NCBI GenBank assembly: GCA_963666205.1
Contig: OY762654.1
Span: 646,611-710,610, forward strand
Direction of reading: 5' to 3'
DNA from: Synergistales bacterium
Lineage (GTDB): Bacteria > Synergistota > Synergistia > Synergistales > JAFGMB01
DNA: 64,000 bases
Numbering within the stretch: the stretch's first letter is position 1; the number at the start of each line of letters is the position of its first letter. The position numbers and the translations under genes are program-made. The notes beneath the pieces are model-generated. The model made no database searches. It worked only from the letters and a program-made list of their open reading frames with translations, and was not told where the DNA came from. This document shows, in pieces, positions 18,118 to 28,097 of this stretch.

Positions 18118-19500
18118 CTATTCTTCGACAAAGTAAGAATGCAGACCCAAAGCAAAGAGCAGATCAGCCCTGGATTGAAAGACATCGTAAACGGAATCCA
18201 CCAGCTGGTTGCGGGCGTTTATGAGGGCGACCCTGGAGTCGAGTACATCCAGGTTGGTTCCCACCTGGGACCTGTAACGGCGGAGGGCCATGCGGTAATC
18301 CTCTTCTGCGCTCTTCACCTGATCCTTTGCTACGGATACCCGCTGACCCGACGACCGGAGATTAAGAAGGGCCGTTGAAAGCTCCAGGCCTATCTGCTTT
18401 TTCAGGTCCTCTAACCGGTAGAGAAGTTCATCCGCTGCAGCCTTCGCCTCCGCTGACCTGGCCCGGCTCTGTCCTCCGTCATATAACTTCCAGCTGGCTG
18501 CTATGGAAACCTTCCAGTCATCCTGAAGTTCCGGGAAGAACTCATCATCCACCACGTAAGTCTCTCCCCTGAGCACCACCTGTGGACCGCCCTGTCCTGC
18601 GGCTGCCTTCGACAGGGCCAGGGCTGAGAGGCGGGACCTATCGAGGGCCTTAAGTTCAGGCCGGTTATCAAAGGCCGTTTCCTGAAGGTTCTGTGGTATT
18701 TCGAAACTGCCTGGGGATGTTTCTCCTTCGGGCAGTACATACCGATTCCTCAGATCCACTCCCACTGACCTCTCCAGGGCCGACCATGCCACATCCACGC
18801 TGTTGGCCCCTTTGATACGGTTGAGCTCGGAGTTGGAAACCTCCACCTGGACCCTCAGCACCTCGTTCTTTGCCACCACTCCATTTTCGAAGAAGAGGGT
18901 AACTTCCCTGAGATGTTCCTTTGCAAGGTTAAGGGCCTCCTCTGCAACTGACAGGCGGGCCCTCGCCCGCTGGAGGTTGTAGTAGGAAGTGTAAACATTG
19001 TTATCAACTGCCTGGTATGTCCTCCTCACCCTGGCTTTGACAGCTTCCAGCTCCAGGTCCTTTTCCTGGACGCTGTGTTTTACTGCCCCGCCTGTATAGA
19101 GGAGGTAGGTGAAGTTGAGGGCGGCCCTGTAGGTATCTTCAAAACCGTTGACAGCATTGCCCAGGTAGGAACCGTCTGTTCCATAGACCGGAAGTAAAGG
19201 TTCCTCTCCGCTCTTCTGGTATATAAGTTCCGTACCCAGGGAGGGATAGAGGGAAGACTTTGCCTGGTTCAGCTGTTCCTCCGACTGTTTCACCTGCTGC
19301 CGTGCTGCGGACAGTAACGGGTTGTTCTGTGAGGCCAGCTCAAGGGCTGTTTCAATGGTCAGAAGGGATAACCCTTCTGATGACCAGGCCTGACGGCCAA
19401 TAAAAAGGACCACAAAACAGCAGAGGAACAGGAAATAATGCCCTTTACTGGTACGCAGACAAAATGAATATATATTTGCCTTGCTTTTCTGCCCTTTCAT
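18118..19500 (-). CDS. Outer-membrane efflux channel (TolC/OMF family)
   Basis: 460 aa. Signal sequence plus two OEP repeats (LTIETALELASQNNPLL...; LDVLDSRVALINARNQL...). Confidence 0.8.
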   Translation of the reverse strand: MKGQKSKANIYSFCLRTSKGHYFLFLCCFVVLFIGRQAWSSEGLSLLTIETALELASQNNPLLSAARQQVKQSEEQLNQAKSSLYPSLGTELIYQKSGEEPLLPVYGTDGSYLGNAVNGFEDTYRAALNFTYLLYTGGAVKHSVQEKDLELEAVKARVRRTYQAVDNNVYTSYYNLQRARARLSVAEEALNLAKEHLREVTLFFENGVVAKNEVLRVQVEVSNSELNRIKGANSVDVAWSALERSVGVDLRNRYVLPEGETSPGSFEIPQNLQETAFDNRPELKALDRSRLSALALSKAAAGQGGPQVVLRGETYVVDDEFFPELQDDWKVSIAASWKLYDGGQSRARSAEAKAAADELLYRLEDLKKQIGLELSTALLNLRSSGQRVSVAKDQVKSAEEDYRMALRRYRSQVGTNLDVLDSRVALINARNQLVDSVYDVFQSRADLLFALGLHSYFVEE

Positions 19501-20105
19501 TTTTGTTCTCCTTCTGTTAACAGTTTATTGACAAGAAATCTCCAGAATTTTTTAACAAGTGCTGGATTTCTTTTGAATTGAAGATCCAGTAATAGGCCGT
19601 TGAATACGGCTTCAAGGAGAAGGATGAGTTCCTTTAGATCCAACTCTTCCCTGGATCTGCTGATATCCGGAGCAAATTCAGTTATCTTTGCGATAAGTTC
19701 ATTTATTGTTGAATCCAGAATATCTATAGCGATATCGGCAACTTCAGTATTCCCTCTCTGGGCTTCAACACTGATATGAAGCCATAACAGGGTATTTTCC
19801 CTGCTTGACAGGTGAAAATCGATGAGTCTTTCCCCTCTTTCAAGAAAGAACTGTTTCAGGTCTTTGTCCTGCAGATCCTCTTTTCGGGGAAACACGATCT
19901 TTTTTACATTAGCGGCTTCATTCTCCAGAACTGCCTTGAAGAGATCCCGCTTGCTTTTGAAATGCCAGTAAATAGCTCCCTTGCTAAGTCCGGTTTTTTT
20001 TGTAATGGAGTCCATACTTGTCGCATAATAGCCACGAGCAGCAAATTCTGAACGGGCAATATTCAGGATATGCAGTTTTGTGTTCCCTTCTTTATTTTTG
20101 TCCAT
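19497..20105 (-). CDS. TetR/AcrR-family transcriptional repressor
   Basis: 202 aa. N-terminal HTH ILNIARSEFAARGYYATSMDSITKKTGLSKGAIYWHFKSKRDLF. First gene of the efflux operon, with a 4-nt overlap to the tolC-like gene. Confidence 0.85.
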   Translation of the reverse strand: MDKNKEGNTKLHILNIARSEFAARGYYATSMDSITKKTGLSKGAIYWHFKSKRDLFKAVLENEAANVKKIVFPRKEDLQDKDLKQFFLERGERLIDFHLSSRENTLLWLHISVEAQRGNTEVADIAIDILDSTINELIAKITEFAPDISRSREELDLKELILLLEAVFNGLLLDLQFKRNPALVKKFWRFLVNKLLTEGEQK

Positions 20106-20190
20106 TGCTCCACCTCCCGACCGGTCAGTCTATAGTTATCTTAAATTAATACCGACTGACCGGTCTGTCAAGGTCAGTCGGTATTAATTT
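20106..20190 (-). promoter_or_regulatory. Efflux-operon promoter/operator region with nested palindromes (candidate TetR operators)
   Basis: GACCGGTCAGTC (20119-20130) and its reverse complement GACTGACCGGTC (20154-20165). A perfect 19-bp inverted repeat AAATTAATACCGACTGACC / GGTCAGTCGGTATTAATTT (20143-20161 and 20172-20190). A minus-strand TTGACA (20171-20166) sits immediately before an operator half-site. Confidence 0.55.
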
Positions 20191-20192
20191 GC

Positions 20193-20220
20193 AAAAAAAA
20201 GCTGCCCTGTGATGGGCAGC
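20193..20220 (-). terminator. Rho-independent terminator of mgtE
   Basis: Minus strand: GCTGCCC-ATCACA-GGGCAGC followed by T8, 19 nt after the mgtE stop. Confidence 0.8.
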
Positions 20221-20238
20221 AAGGAATCAGATATCGAG

Positions 20239-21588
20239 CTAAAGTACCAGAACATATCTGGCAATTTCAAAATAGACTATAAGTCCGAAGACGTCCACAA
20301 TGGTAGTTATAAAAGGACCGGACATTATAGCCGGATCTATCTTAAGCATTCGAGCAATGACCGGAAGAAATGCTCCTGCCAGATTCCCCAGAAGAACAAC
20401 CGCAATTATTGCGAGGGCTACAGTAATAGCCACCCCGCTTCCGGTACCCAGCATATAAGCCCTTCCCAGACCAAGGACAGCCAAGGCGCATCCAAGCATT
20501 AGACCTGTAATGGTCTCCCTTGCTATAACCTTCCAGATATCCTTCCATTCTATCTCGCCAAGGGTCATTCCTCGAATAACAAGCGTTGCTGCCTGGGTTC
20601 CTGCATTTCCACCTGTGCCTATTAGAAGGGGGATAAAAAATGTTAGCGAGACGACACTCTGGAGAGCGAATGAATACTTTTTTAATACTGTTGAAGTAAT
20701 AGTTTCTGTCAGGATACATATAAGAAGCCACATAAACCTTTTCCTGGCTATGGTGAACATATTTGCATCCATATAACTTTCTTCTACAGGCTGAATACCA
20801 GCCATTCTCTCAAAGTCCTCAGTGGCCTCTTCTTCCAGAATATCAAGAACATCATCAAAAGTAACTATTCCAACAAGTCTTTCCTCCCTGTCAACAACGG
20901 GAATAGCCTGCATATCATACCTTGACATCACTTGAGCAACTTCTTCCTGGTCTGTCTGGGTATGAACGTAGATCGGTTCATCCATTAGAGATGAAAGAGA
21001 TGTATGTGGTTCTGCCATTATCAGATCTTCAAGTTCAACTACCCCCTTGAGATGTCTCTTGGATTCCAGGACAAAACAGGTGTATATGGTTTCCTTGCTT
21101 CTGGCATTTTTCCGGATCCTATCTATGGCTTCCTCTGCGGTCATAGCTTCTTTCAGATCAATATACTCAGGTGTCATTATTCTTCCTGCTGAATCATCAG
21201 GATAGTTCAGGAGGGTATTAGCTACCTTCCTTTCATCTGGAGAAAGTTGAAGTAAGAGTTTTTTTACAGTCTTGGCAGGAAGTTCATCAAAGAGGGCTGT
21301 GCGGTCATCATCAGACATTTCTTCGATTATCTCCCGCATTTCTTCGTCTGTCGAATGATGAAGAAGTTCTTCCCTTTCTGGACCTTCCATCATTTCGAAA
21401 ACATCTATGGCAAGATCCTTTGGAAGAAGCCTGAAAAGAAGGACCCTGGTTACAGGCTGAAATTCATATAACATTTCAGCAATGTCAGCGGGTTCAACTG
21501 GAGAAAGGATTTCCTTGACCTTCCTGTAATCCTTCTTTTTCAGCAGGTCACTTATATCATGTAAAAGTTTCTCGAAATTATAAATCAT
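20239..21588 (-). CDS. mgtE: Magnesium transporter MgtE
   Basis: The start is moved to MIYNFEKLL (RBS GAAGGGAGAG upstream). MgtE N-domain, tandem CBS domains and a C-terminal 5-TM domain (GNAGTQAATLVIRG...; PFITTIVDVFGLIVYF). Confidence 0.9.
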   Translation of the reverse strand: MIYNFEKLLHDISDLLKKKDYRKVKEILSPVEPADIAEMLYEFQPVTRVLLFRLLPKDLAIDVFEMMEGPEREELLHHSTDEEMREIIEEMSDDDRTALFDELPAKTVKKLLLQLSPDERKVANTLLNYPDDSAGRIMTPEYIDLKEAMTAEEAIDRIRKNARSKETIYTCFVLESKRHLKGVVELEDLIMAEPHTSLSSLMDEPIYVHTQTDQEEVAQVMSRYDMQAIPVVDREERLVGIVTFDDVLDILEEEATEDFERMAGIQPVEESYMDANMFTIARKRFMWLLICILTETITSTVLKKYSFALQSVVSLTFFIPLLIGTGGNAGTQAATLVIRGMTLGEIEWKDIWKVIARETITGLMLGCALAVLGLGRAYMLGTGSGVAITVALAIIAVVLLGNLAGAFLPVIARMLKIDPAIMSGPFITTIVDVFGLIVYFEIARYVLVL

Positions 21589-21888
21589 TGGGGCATCTCT
21601 CCCTTCTTTATGGGAATACCACAAATCTGCACAAGGATAAATCCTCTGGAAATGAATATCCGTGAACAAAGTTGTAAAAAAGTACAATTTGATAGATCAA
21701 GGGGAGTGGCTTTCTGGGAATGACGCCACACCCGGCAGACGCCGGGCATGGGAATGAATAAAAGGATTAAGGGAACATGCCTGGAGCCTGGATTTACATT
21801 TCAGATTCGTAACTGCTACACAAAGGAACCGAGCCGCTTTCCATTTACATCTCCTTCTCGTTTTATGAAATATGAAAGAACAATATAT

Positions 21889-21933
21889 TAAAAAATAACA
21901 CACAGGGCGCCCTCTGTCGAGGTACGCCCTGTG
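21889..21933 (-). terminator. Rho-independent terminator after rpsI
   Basis: CACAGGGCG/CGCCCTGTG 9-bp stem (with an inner CCTC/GAGG extension), followed on the minus strand by TGTTATTTTTT. Confidence 0.8.
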
Positions 21934-21969
21934 ATATAGAACAAACCAGATTTCAGGAAAGTGCTTCTG

Positions 21970-22365
21970 TTAACGCTTGGAGTACTGGTAGCGCCCGCGG
22001 GCACCCTTGAGACCGAATTTCTTTCTTTCGACCATACGGGGATCTCTCGTAAGCATTCCAGCCTTTTTAAGTACAGGGCGAAGCTCTGGATTCAGCTTTA
22101 AAAGTGCACGAGCTATACCAAGACGAACTGCACCAGACTGACCGGTAAGTCCGCCTCCGCTGGTCCTGACAAAGACATCTACCTTACCTTCAATGCCAGC
22201 GACCTTCAGTGGTTCAAGCGCATGGGATTGCCAGGAAGACCTTGGGAAATAATCCTCAACTACTCTTTCATTGACAAGAATTTTTCCATCCCCGGGACGT
22301 ACCCGTACCCGAGCAAGGGCATTCTTTCTTCTTCCCGTTCCCCAATAATACGAAGGAGTCTGCAT
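21970..22365 (-). CDS. rpsI: 30S ribosomal protein S9
   Basis: 131 aa, ending ...KKFGLKGARGRYQYSKR. Confidence 0.97.
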   Translation of the reverse strand: MQTPSYYWGTGRRKNALARVRVRPGDGKILVNERVVEDYFPRSSWQSHALEPLKVAGIEGKVDVFVRTSGGGLTGQSGAVRLGIARALLKLNPELRPVLKKAGMLTRDPRMVERKKFGLKGARGRYQYSKR

Positions 22366-22386
22366 GTCTTTTAACCTCCCCTCAGC

Positions 22387-22815
22387 CTAAAAGTTAAACT
22401 CTACGGGCTTCTGAGCCGCGTGAGGATGGTTCGGACCTGCATAAACCTTGAGCTTAAGATGCATTTTCAGACGGTTTCTGGGAAGCATTCCCTTAACCAC
22501 ATGCTCAACAAGTTTTTCAGGCTTTTTCTCCATAAGGGTTCCGTAGGTTACAGTTTTAAGTCCACCAGGATGTCCACTGAAGTGGTGAACCACAGACTGT
22601 TCTTTTTTTCTTCCAGTAAGCTTCACCTTTTCAGCATTGACCACTATAACGAAATCTCCACAATCAACATGAGGAGTATATACCGGCTTATGTTTGCCCA
22701 TCAGGACCCTTGCGATCTGAACAGCAAGTCTCCCAAGAGGTTTATCTGTAGCATCCACGACATACCAGCTGCGCTCAACTGTTTCGCGTCTGGCCATGAA
22801 TGTTTTGTCACTCAT
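22387..22815 (-). CDS. rplM: 50S ribosomal protein L13
   Basis: 142 aa. [47 protein letters not shown]. Confidence 0.97.
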   Translation of the reverse strand: MSDKTFMARRETVERSWYVVDATDKPLGRLAVQIARVLMGKHKPVYTPHVDCGDFVIVVNAEKVKLTGRKKEQSVVHHFSGHPGGLKTVTYGTLMEKKPEKLVEHVVKGMLPRNRLKMHLKLKVYAGPNHPHAAQKPVEFNF

Positions 22816-22988
22816 GGATTTTCACTCCTTTTAAAAAGATTATCCCTGTTACTCTGTTTATTTAAACAACCCTGGACACTCTCGCTCTTTTACAGCCTCT
22901 AACCAAAGGTATCACAAGGACGTGGCTGGGGTCCTCATAAATACATGGCCGATAAGAACAAGATCATACAAGGAATATATGCCGTAAA

Positions 22989-24032
22989 CTATTTCAATCT
23001 TTTCAGCTTGGGATTCTCAATGATTCCTGGTAATCTACCCCGTTTAGCTATGGGAATTCCATCTACCTCTTTAATATCCATGGTCATATCCCTGGGAGTA
23101 GCATGAGCGATATAACTACCAACACCAAAAGAATCAACACCTGCTTTGGACAGGATCCTAATCCTATCTGGATCAAGACCACCCGAAGCAATTATTTTTA
23201 CCTTATCATAACCCTTCTTGTCAAGTCTCCACCTTACCTCCCTGACAAGTTCAGGGGTTACTCCACCTCTTTCACCAGGGGTGTCAAGGCGAACACCCTG
23301 GAGACGATCTCCAAGAAGGTCTGCAACCCGGACAGACTCTTCTGTTTCATCCTTGAAAGTATCCACAAGTATTATTCTTGCTTCATCTTCAGGAAGAAAG
23401 GCATCATAGGTCCTGGCTAATTCAACAGTATCTCCTACAACAAGTATTGCCGCATGAGGTATGGTTCCCTTGGGCTCCAATCCTGCCATTTTGGCTCCCA
23501 GAACACAGCTGGCGGCAGAACAACCTCCTATTGCAACTGCAGCTCTTTCCATAACTGGAGCAACTGCAGGATGGACATGACGGGCACCGAAACACAGAAC
23601 AGGTTTGCCCTCCGCTGCTTCTACACATTCTCTGGCAGCAGTAGCCCATCCGGTAGAGCTTGCTAGCATTCCCAGAATGACCGTTTCATACATTCCGAAA
23701 TCTTCATAAGAACCTGTTATTCTAAGAACTACGTCCTTGGGCGCGAAGGAATCTCCCTCGTCAAGATGATCTATGACAAGGTCTTTTCCTTCAAGGAGGC
23801 GTAAAACCTCAGGGAGACCAGCAAAGATACCCTGGTTCCTTGTGAAGAATTCTGCTACAACTGGTGTATCCAGTTTTTTACACTGGCGAAGGACATCCCT
23901 TGTTTTTACGAAGTAGACATCAGTGGTCATTCCACTAAATATCTCTTCGTGGGTCGCGCTGAAAAATCGATCTTTCTCTACAGCGGTTGAATAGATGTCC
24001 TGAAGTGAATCAAGCCTTTTCCCATCCATCAA
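22989..24032 (-). CDS. Nicotinate phosphoribosyltransferase-family protein (archaeal-type NAPRTase/type II PRTase)
   Basis: 347 aa. TDVYFVKT..., GARHVHPAVAP, VRLDTPGERGG, IIASGGLD: the type-II phosphoribosyltransferase barrel pattern. Confidence 0.65.
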   Translation of the reverse strand: MMDGKRLDSLQDIYSTAVEKDRFFSATHEEIFSGMTTDVYFVKTRDVLRQCKKLDTPVVAEFFTRNQGIFAGLPEVLRLLEGKDLVIDHLDEGDSFAPKDVVLRITGSYEDFGMYETVILGMLASSTGWATAARECVEAAEGKPVLCFGARHVHPAVAPVMERAAVAIGGCSAASCVLGAKMAGLEPKGTIPHAAILVVGDTVELARTYDAFLPEDEARIILVDTFKDETEESVRVADLLGDRLQGVRLDTPGERGGVTPELVREVRWRLDKKGYDKVKIIASGGLDPDRIRILSKAGVDSFGVGSYIAHATPRDMTMDIKEVDGIPIAKRGRLPGIIENPKLKRLK

Positions 24033-24043
24033 GTATTACGTCC

Positions 24044-24274
24044 CTAGCCGGAGATCATTACCAATACGATCGATGTTACCATGAAAAGAGCAGAAAGGAC
24101 TACCGTAGTCTTGGTAAGACCCGTGAAACGCTGCCACTGACTCCCACCCATATCTGCCTGAGTGCCTCCTCCAAAAATTCCGGAGAATCCTCCCTGTTTT
24201 CTGTGCTGTAACATTACAACAGATATAAGAGCAACACAAAGAATAATGTGCGCTATCCCTAAAACCATTTTCAT
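24044..24274 (-). CDS. secG: Preprotein translocase subunit SecG
   Basis: Start at MKMVLGIAHIILCVALISVVMLQ (AGGAGGT 6 nt upstream). GGFSGIFGGG motif, two TM segments, 76 aa. Confidence 0.8.
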   Translation of the reverse strand: MKMVLGIAHIILCVALISVVMLQHRKQGGFSGIFGGGTQADMGGSQWQRFTGLTKTTVVLSALFMVTSIVLVMISG

Positions 24275-24315
24275 TCCTGCACCTCCTAAAAAAATAACCA
24301 TACGAGAACAGCTTG

Positions 24316-24909
24316 TTATTCTATCATAGAAAACTCCGCTAGCATATCCATTAAAGCATAAGAAGCTACAGCACGATGAGATATCCGGGTCTTTACTTCA
24401 TCTCCCAGTTCAGCAAAAGTCTTCTTGTAACCGGATGGTATAAAGATTGGATCATAGCCGAATCCGCACTGACCTGCGGGTTCTCTTGCGATCTCTCCCC
24501 AGCAATAACCTTCTGTGAGCCATAGACGGCTATCTTCGGGGAAAAACAGGGCAAAGGCAGCCACATATCGACAGCATCTGTCCTTTGATCCTTCAAGTCT
24601 TTTCAGTATGGTGAAATTCCTGAGACAATCATTAGATGCCAGTCGAGAAGAGTATATTCCAGGTTCCCACCCAAGAGCTCTGACCTCGATACCGCTATCA
24701 TCAGCCAGGGCAGGCATCCCTGAAAGTTCAGCCCAGGCAACAGCCTTGAGAATGGCATTCTGTGGATAAGACGTTCCTGTCTCATCCACATCCAGAGAAT
24801 ACCTGTCAGCACCGAATACAAGTTCAACCCCGATCTTTTTCAGAAGATCAGAGATTTCCCTGAATTTATGCCTGTTTCTGCTTGCAAACAGGATTCTGAA
24901 ATTCTTCAA
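24316..24909 (-). CDS. rdgB: Non-canonical purine NTP pyrophosphatase (RdgB/HAM1)
   Basis: 197 aa. [12 protein letters not shown]..., [18 protein letters not shown] motif. rph-rdgB synteny. Confidence 0.85.
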   Translation of the reverse strand: MKNFRILFASRNRHKFREISDLLKKIGVELVFGADRYSLDVDETGTSYPQNAILKAVAWAELSGMPALADDSGIEVRALGWEPGIYSSRLASNDCLRNFTILKRLEGSKDRCCRYVAAFALFFPEDSRLWLTEGYCWGEIAREPAGQCGFGYDPIFIPSGYKKTFAELGDEVKTRISHRAVASYALMDMLAEFSMIE

Positions 24910-25654
24910 TGGCCTTTATTTCCACCTCCGATAGAGCTAGCACTTCTTTCTGTATTGAAACCAGTTGTTTTATTCCGTCTTCAGCGAGATTAAGCATCCC
25001 CGTTAATTCATCCCTGTTAAAGGTGTCACCCTCGCCTGTACCCTGGATTTCTATAAAACGTCCTAATTCGGTCATGATAACGTTAAAATCGACATCAGCC
25101 CGGCTGTCCTCCTCATAGCAGAGATCAAGGAGCACTTCTCCTTCTATTTTGCCGGAACTTACTGCGGCAACAAAGGTCTTCACTGGGAGGGTGTTGATGT
25201 CTCCCCTTTCCCAGAGAGTCCTGAGAGCATCAACAAGGGCGACAAAAGCGCCCGTTATGGATGCTGTCCGCGTACCTCCATCTGCCTGGATCACATCACA
25301 ATCAAGCCATATGGTCCGCTCACCGAGAGCGAACAGGTCTACGGAAGATCTGAGAGAGCGCCCTATTAGTCTCTGTATTTCGGAACTTCTTCCGTTGATG
25401 GTACCCCTTGAAGTGCTTCTGGGTGTTCTGACACCGGTAGAGCGTGGGAGCATGGAGTATTCTGCAGTTATCCACCCCTGGCCCGTACCTTTTAAAAAAG
25501 ATGGGACTTTGTCCTCTACCGAAGCTGTACAGATAACACGGGTATTTCCACAACTTATGAGCACAGAACCCTCAGCGTAGAGAGTATAATTCCTCTCTAT
25601 GCTGACTTTTCTTAATTCATCATAAGCGCGTCTGTCTATCCTTTCAAATTTCAT
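24866..25654 (-). CDS. rph: Ribonuclease PH
   Basis: Start at [15 protein letters not shown] (GGAGGAGGA upstream). [48 protein letters not shown]. Confidence 0.9.
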   Translation of the reverse strand: MKFERIDRRAYDELRKVSIERNYTLYAEGSVLISCGNTRVICTASVEDKVPSFLKGTGQGWITAEYSMLPRSTGVRTPRSTSRGTINGRSSEIQRLIGRSLRSSVDLFALGERTIWLDCDVIQADGGTRTASITGAFVALVDALRTLWERGDINTLPVKTFVAAVSSGKIEGEVLLDLCYEEDSRADVDFNVIMTELGRFIEIQGTGEGDTFNRDELTGMLNLAEDGIKQLVSIQKEVLALSEVEIKAIEEFQNPVCKQKQA

Positions 25655-25688
25655 CCAATTTCCTCCTCCAAAAAACCGTACCTGTTCA

Positions 25689-26372
25689 TCAAGATGATGA
25701 AAGCTGCCAGGGAACAGAAAGGTCAACCGGATCTGCTCCAACAGGGACTCGACCCTCGATCATTATCCGGACCTTGGTAACAGGAGAAAAATTATCCACC
25801 ATTGTTCTCACTATACTTGTCATGACAATAGCGGCCCGTTCTTTTTCTATCTTCTGGAGCGATCGAAGAAAGGGTTCATTCAAGTCTAGATACAGTATCT
25901 CTCCATTTCTGAAAACATGCAGAACTTCAATATCCTTCTGTAAATATCCTGCAGAGACTCCCGCCGTAACCAGGCTGGATATGACCTTTTTAACATCATC
26001 CTCCATCAGACCAGAAAGTATGGGGACCTGTCTGGATGAGACACCTCCATCTGAAGGAACGTAAAGGTTAAACAGAATTTTTTTGGCAGGAATACCTGCA
26101 GAAACTTCCTGAGAGTTTTCTTTTGATATGAGATCTGCTGTTTCCATAGAATTGGATACCACGTCCTCCTGTACGACTATGTCCTTTTTCGTAAGGACCT
26201 TAAGTGCAAGGGAAGTACCACCATACCCAATACCGAAACAGACAATCACAAGGGATATCCAGGCAATAATCCTGAAAGGAAGAGGAGCCTTCAATGTCGA
26301 CTCCGATCTTCTTTTCTTTCTTGTTTTCAACACTTCCTTTTCGATATCAAACTGATCCTTTTCCTGTTCCAT
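25689..26372 (-). CDS. GerMN-domain membrane-anchored protein
   Basis: 227 aa. N-terminal TM segment and a C-terminal GerMN-like segment ([16 protein letters not shown]...[22 protein letters not shown]). Its position upstream of rph matches the Firmicutes gerM arrangement. Confidence 0.55.
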   Translation of the reverse strand: MEQEKDQFDIEKEVLKTRKKRRSESTLKAPLPFRIIAWISLVIVCFGIGYGGTSLALKVLTKKDIVVQEDVVSNSMETADLISKENSQEVSAGIPAKKILFNLYVPSDGGVSSRQVPILSGLMEDDVKKVISSLVTAGVSAGYLQKDIEVLHVFRNGEILYLDLNEPFLRSLQKIEKERAAIVMTSIVRTMVDNFSPVTKVRIMIEGRVPVGADPVDLSVPWQLSSS

Positions 26373-26471
26373 AAATAGCGGATATAAACTGAAAATTCAT
26401 TTCAGCCCTATCCAGACCCTCCTTTCGATAGCGACCTCGCATCATTAAACAAATTCTTCTCCTGGCTCGAA

Positions 26472-28097
26472 CTACATCTTTTCCAGGTATGCATAAATAC
26501 CTTCTGCAAGAGAAGCGGCAAGCTTTTCCTGGTAACTGGAGGATGCAAGAAGCCGTGCTTCTTTTTTTTCGGTGATAAATCCCGTTTCTATCAATATGGC
26601 AGGCATTCCCGCACCTCTAAGAACATAGAAAGGAGCCTGTGCTACACGCCTCATGGGAAGCCCCTTCCTTTTCCCTGAACTGAAGAGCACTTCTGCTACC
26701 TGGGTACTTTCATCGATCTTGGCATTCTGCTGCATATTACCCAGAATATTGAGAAGCATTCGTGTTTTTTTGTCTGAAGCCTGGATACTTTCAGCATTAC
26801 CATCTCCATTGGCAAGCTCCTTGTTCTCAATAAGGGCAAGTTGCATGGCATCCTTATCGGTAGGTAGGGCCATAAGATAGATCTCCATACCTGTGGCATG
26901 TCTTCCAGGGGGAAGGGCATTGGCATGAATGCTCACAAACATTGCAGCATTCCACTCATTGGCCAAATGGGTTCTCTCCTGAAGTCTGAGATAACTGTCT
27001 CCCGTTCTGGTAAGTCTTGCAGGTATGCCCCTTCGTGTCAGATGGGAAACTATTCGTTTCGATATCTGAAGATTTATATCCTTCTCTCTTATACCATTGG
27101 CTACCGCTCCAGGATCCTTCCCTCCATGGCCTGGATCAATAACAACAAGTTGAGAAGTTGCTGTACTGGAAATATTTTGTTTTCTGTCTTCCATGGATTT
27201 CCAATCTTTTAAAGTTGAAACAGGATTTTTTTGTACAGGATTTAACTGTCCGACCTTGTCCAGCATAAAATCGACAACCAGTCTTTGCGGATCTTCAAGT
27301 CTGAAGTGCTGCACATTAACAGATGCGTGGCTAAGACTCAGGATAAAGCTGCTTCCATAGTTGGTTACCCCCGCTTTCACTACTGACGGATAGGGGGAAA
27401 AGACATTGGCAGGGTTAAAGGAAGAAGAAAATGCGAATGGGATCTCCAGCCTGCCCGACAATGTTTTTATATCAGGAAAATCCTTTCCGGCAAGATCAAG
27501 AACAAGCCTCACCTTATCCTCATATTTCCCCCATCTGAGGTCTCTCAGTCTTGCACTGGGAGCCTTTATGACAGGTGTTTTGTCGTTTGTTGTTTCAACA
27601 GTCATCAAAGAACCTGCGATATTGTCATTTTGACCGGAAGGACTTATCGGACCGCCAGGAGAAGGATCACCCATTTCGGATCCTTTCCATGCTATAGACT
27701 GGCCTTTTCCCACCGAATTAAGAAGCATCTGCATTATTTTCAGAGCTGATCTTGAATCCATCCACCATCGCTGCCCATCAAAAGATGCAGGAGCTGCAAG
27801 CGGGACAAGCTGGACATTAAACCATACAGCAGCTGCATCTTTAACTACCTGCACCTTATCCTTCCCGACACTGATAACCAGAGTATCATCCTTGGGCTTA
27901 AGGTTAAATTCAAGTAATTCTCCCATCTTGCCCAGGGAAACAAAGACATTCCCGCCCCGGGAATCCACCGGAACTACTCCAAGTGATCTCCCATTCAGCC
28001 ACAGTTTCCAGCCTTCGGATGCAGAGTAAGAAGAAGAACAGAACAGAAAAAGGCAGAAAAACACCAGGAAGGAATTAAATACCAGCCGCCGCAACAT
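26472..28097 (-). CDS. N-acetylmuramoyl-L-alanine amidase (Amidase_3, AmiC-like) with N-terminal AMIN-like region
   Basis: Start assumed at MLRRLVFNSFLVFFCLFLF (signal peptide). C-terminal catalytic domain VVIDPGHGGKDPGA...FVSIHANA...GMEIY...ETGFIT. Confidence 0.8.
   Translation of the reverse strand: MLRRLVFNSFLVFFCLFLFCSSSYSASEGWKLWLNGRSLGVVPVDSRGGNVFVSLGKMGELLEFNLKPKDDTLVISVGKDKVQVVKDAAAVWFNVQLVPLAAPASFDGQRWWMDSRSALKIMQMLLNSVGKGQSIAWKGSEMGDPSPGGPISPSGQNDNIAGSLMTVETTNDKTPVIKAPSARLRDLRWGKYEDKVRLVLDLAGKDFPDIKTLSGRLEIPFAFSSSFNPANVFSPYPSVVKAGVTNYGSSFILSLSHASVNVQHFRLEDPQRLVVDFMLDKVGQLNPVQKNPVSTLKDWKSMEDRKQNISSTATSQLVVIDPGHGGKDPGAVANGIREKDINLQISKRIVSHLTRRGIPARLTRTGDSYLRLQERTHLANEWNAAMFVSIHANALPPGRHATGMEIYLMALPTDKDAMQLALIENKELANGDGNAESIQASDKKTRMLLNILGNMQQNAKIDESTQVAEVLFSSGKRKGLPMRRVAQAPFYVLRGAGMPAILIETGFITEKKEARLLASSSYQEKLAASLAEGIYAYLEKM

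Noticed and set aside
21589-21900. Canonical M-box (ykoK) Mg2+ riboswitch upstream of mgtE
   Set aside because: Only one short block resembles the consensus. The GCCC..AAA.GUC / AGACGC.AAUGGG / ACAG / GCUAAAGCUC blocks are not found in the right order or strand. It is reported only as an unexplained leader.
21697-21903. 68-aa minus-strand ORF in the mgtE leader
   Set aside because: The peptide is Cys/Arg/Lys-rich and implausible. It overlaps the rpsI terminator. The region is better explained as a structured untranslated leader.
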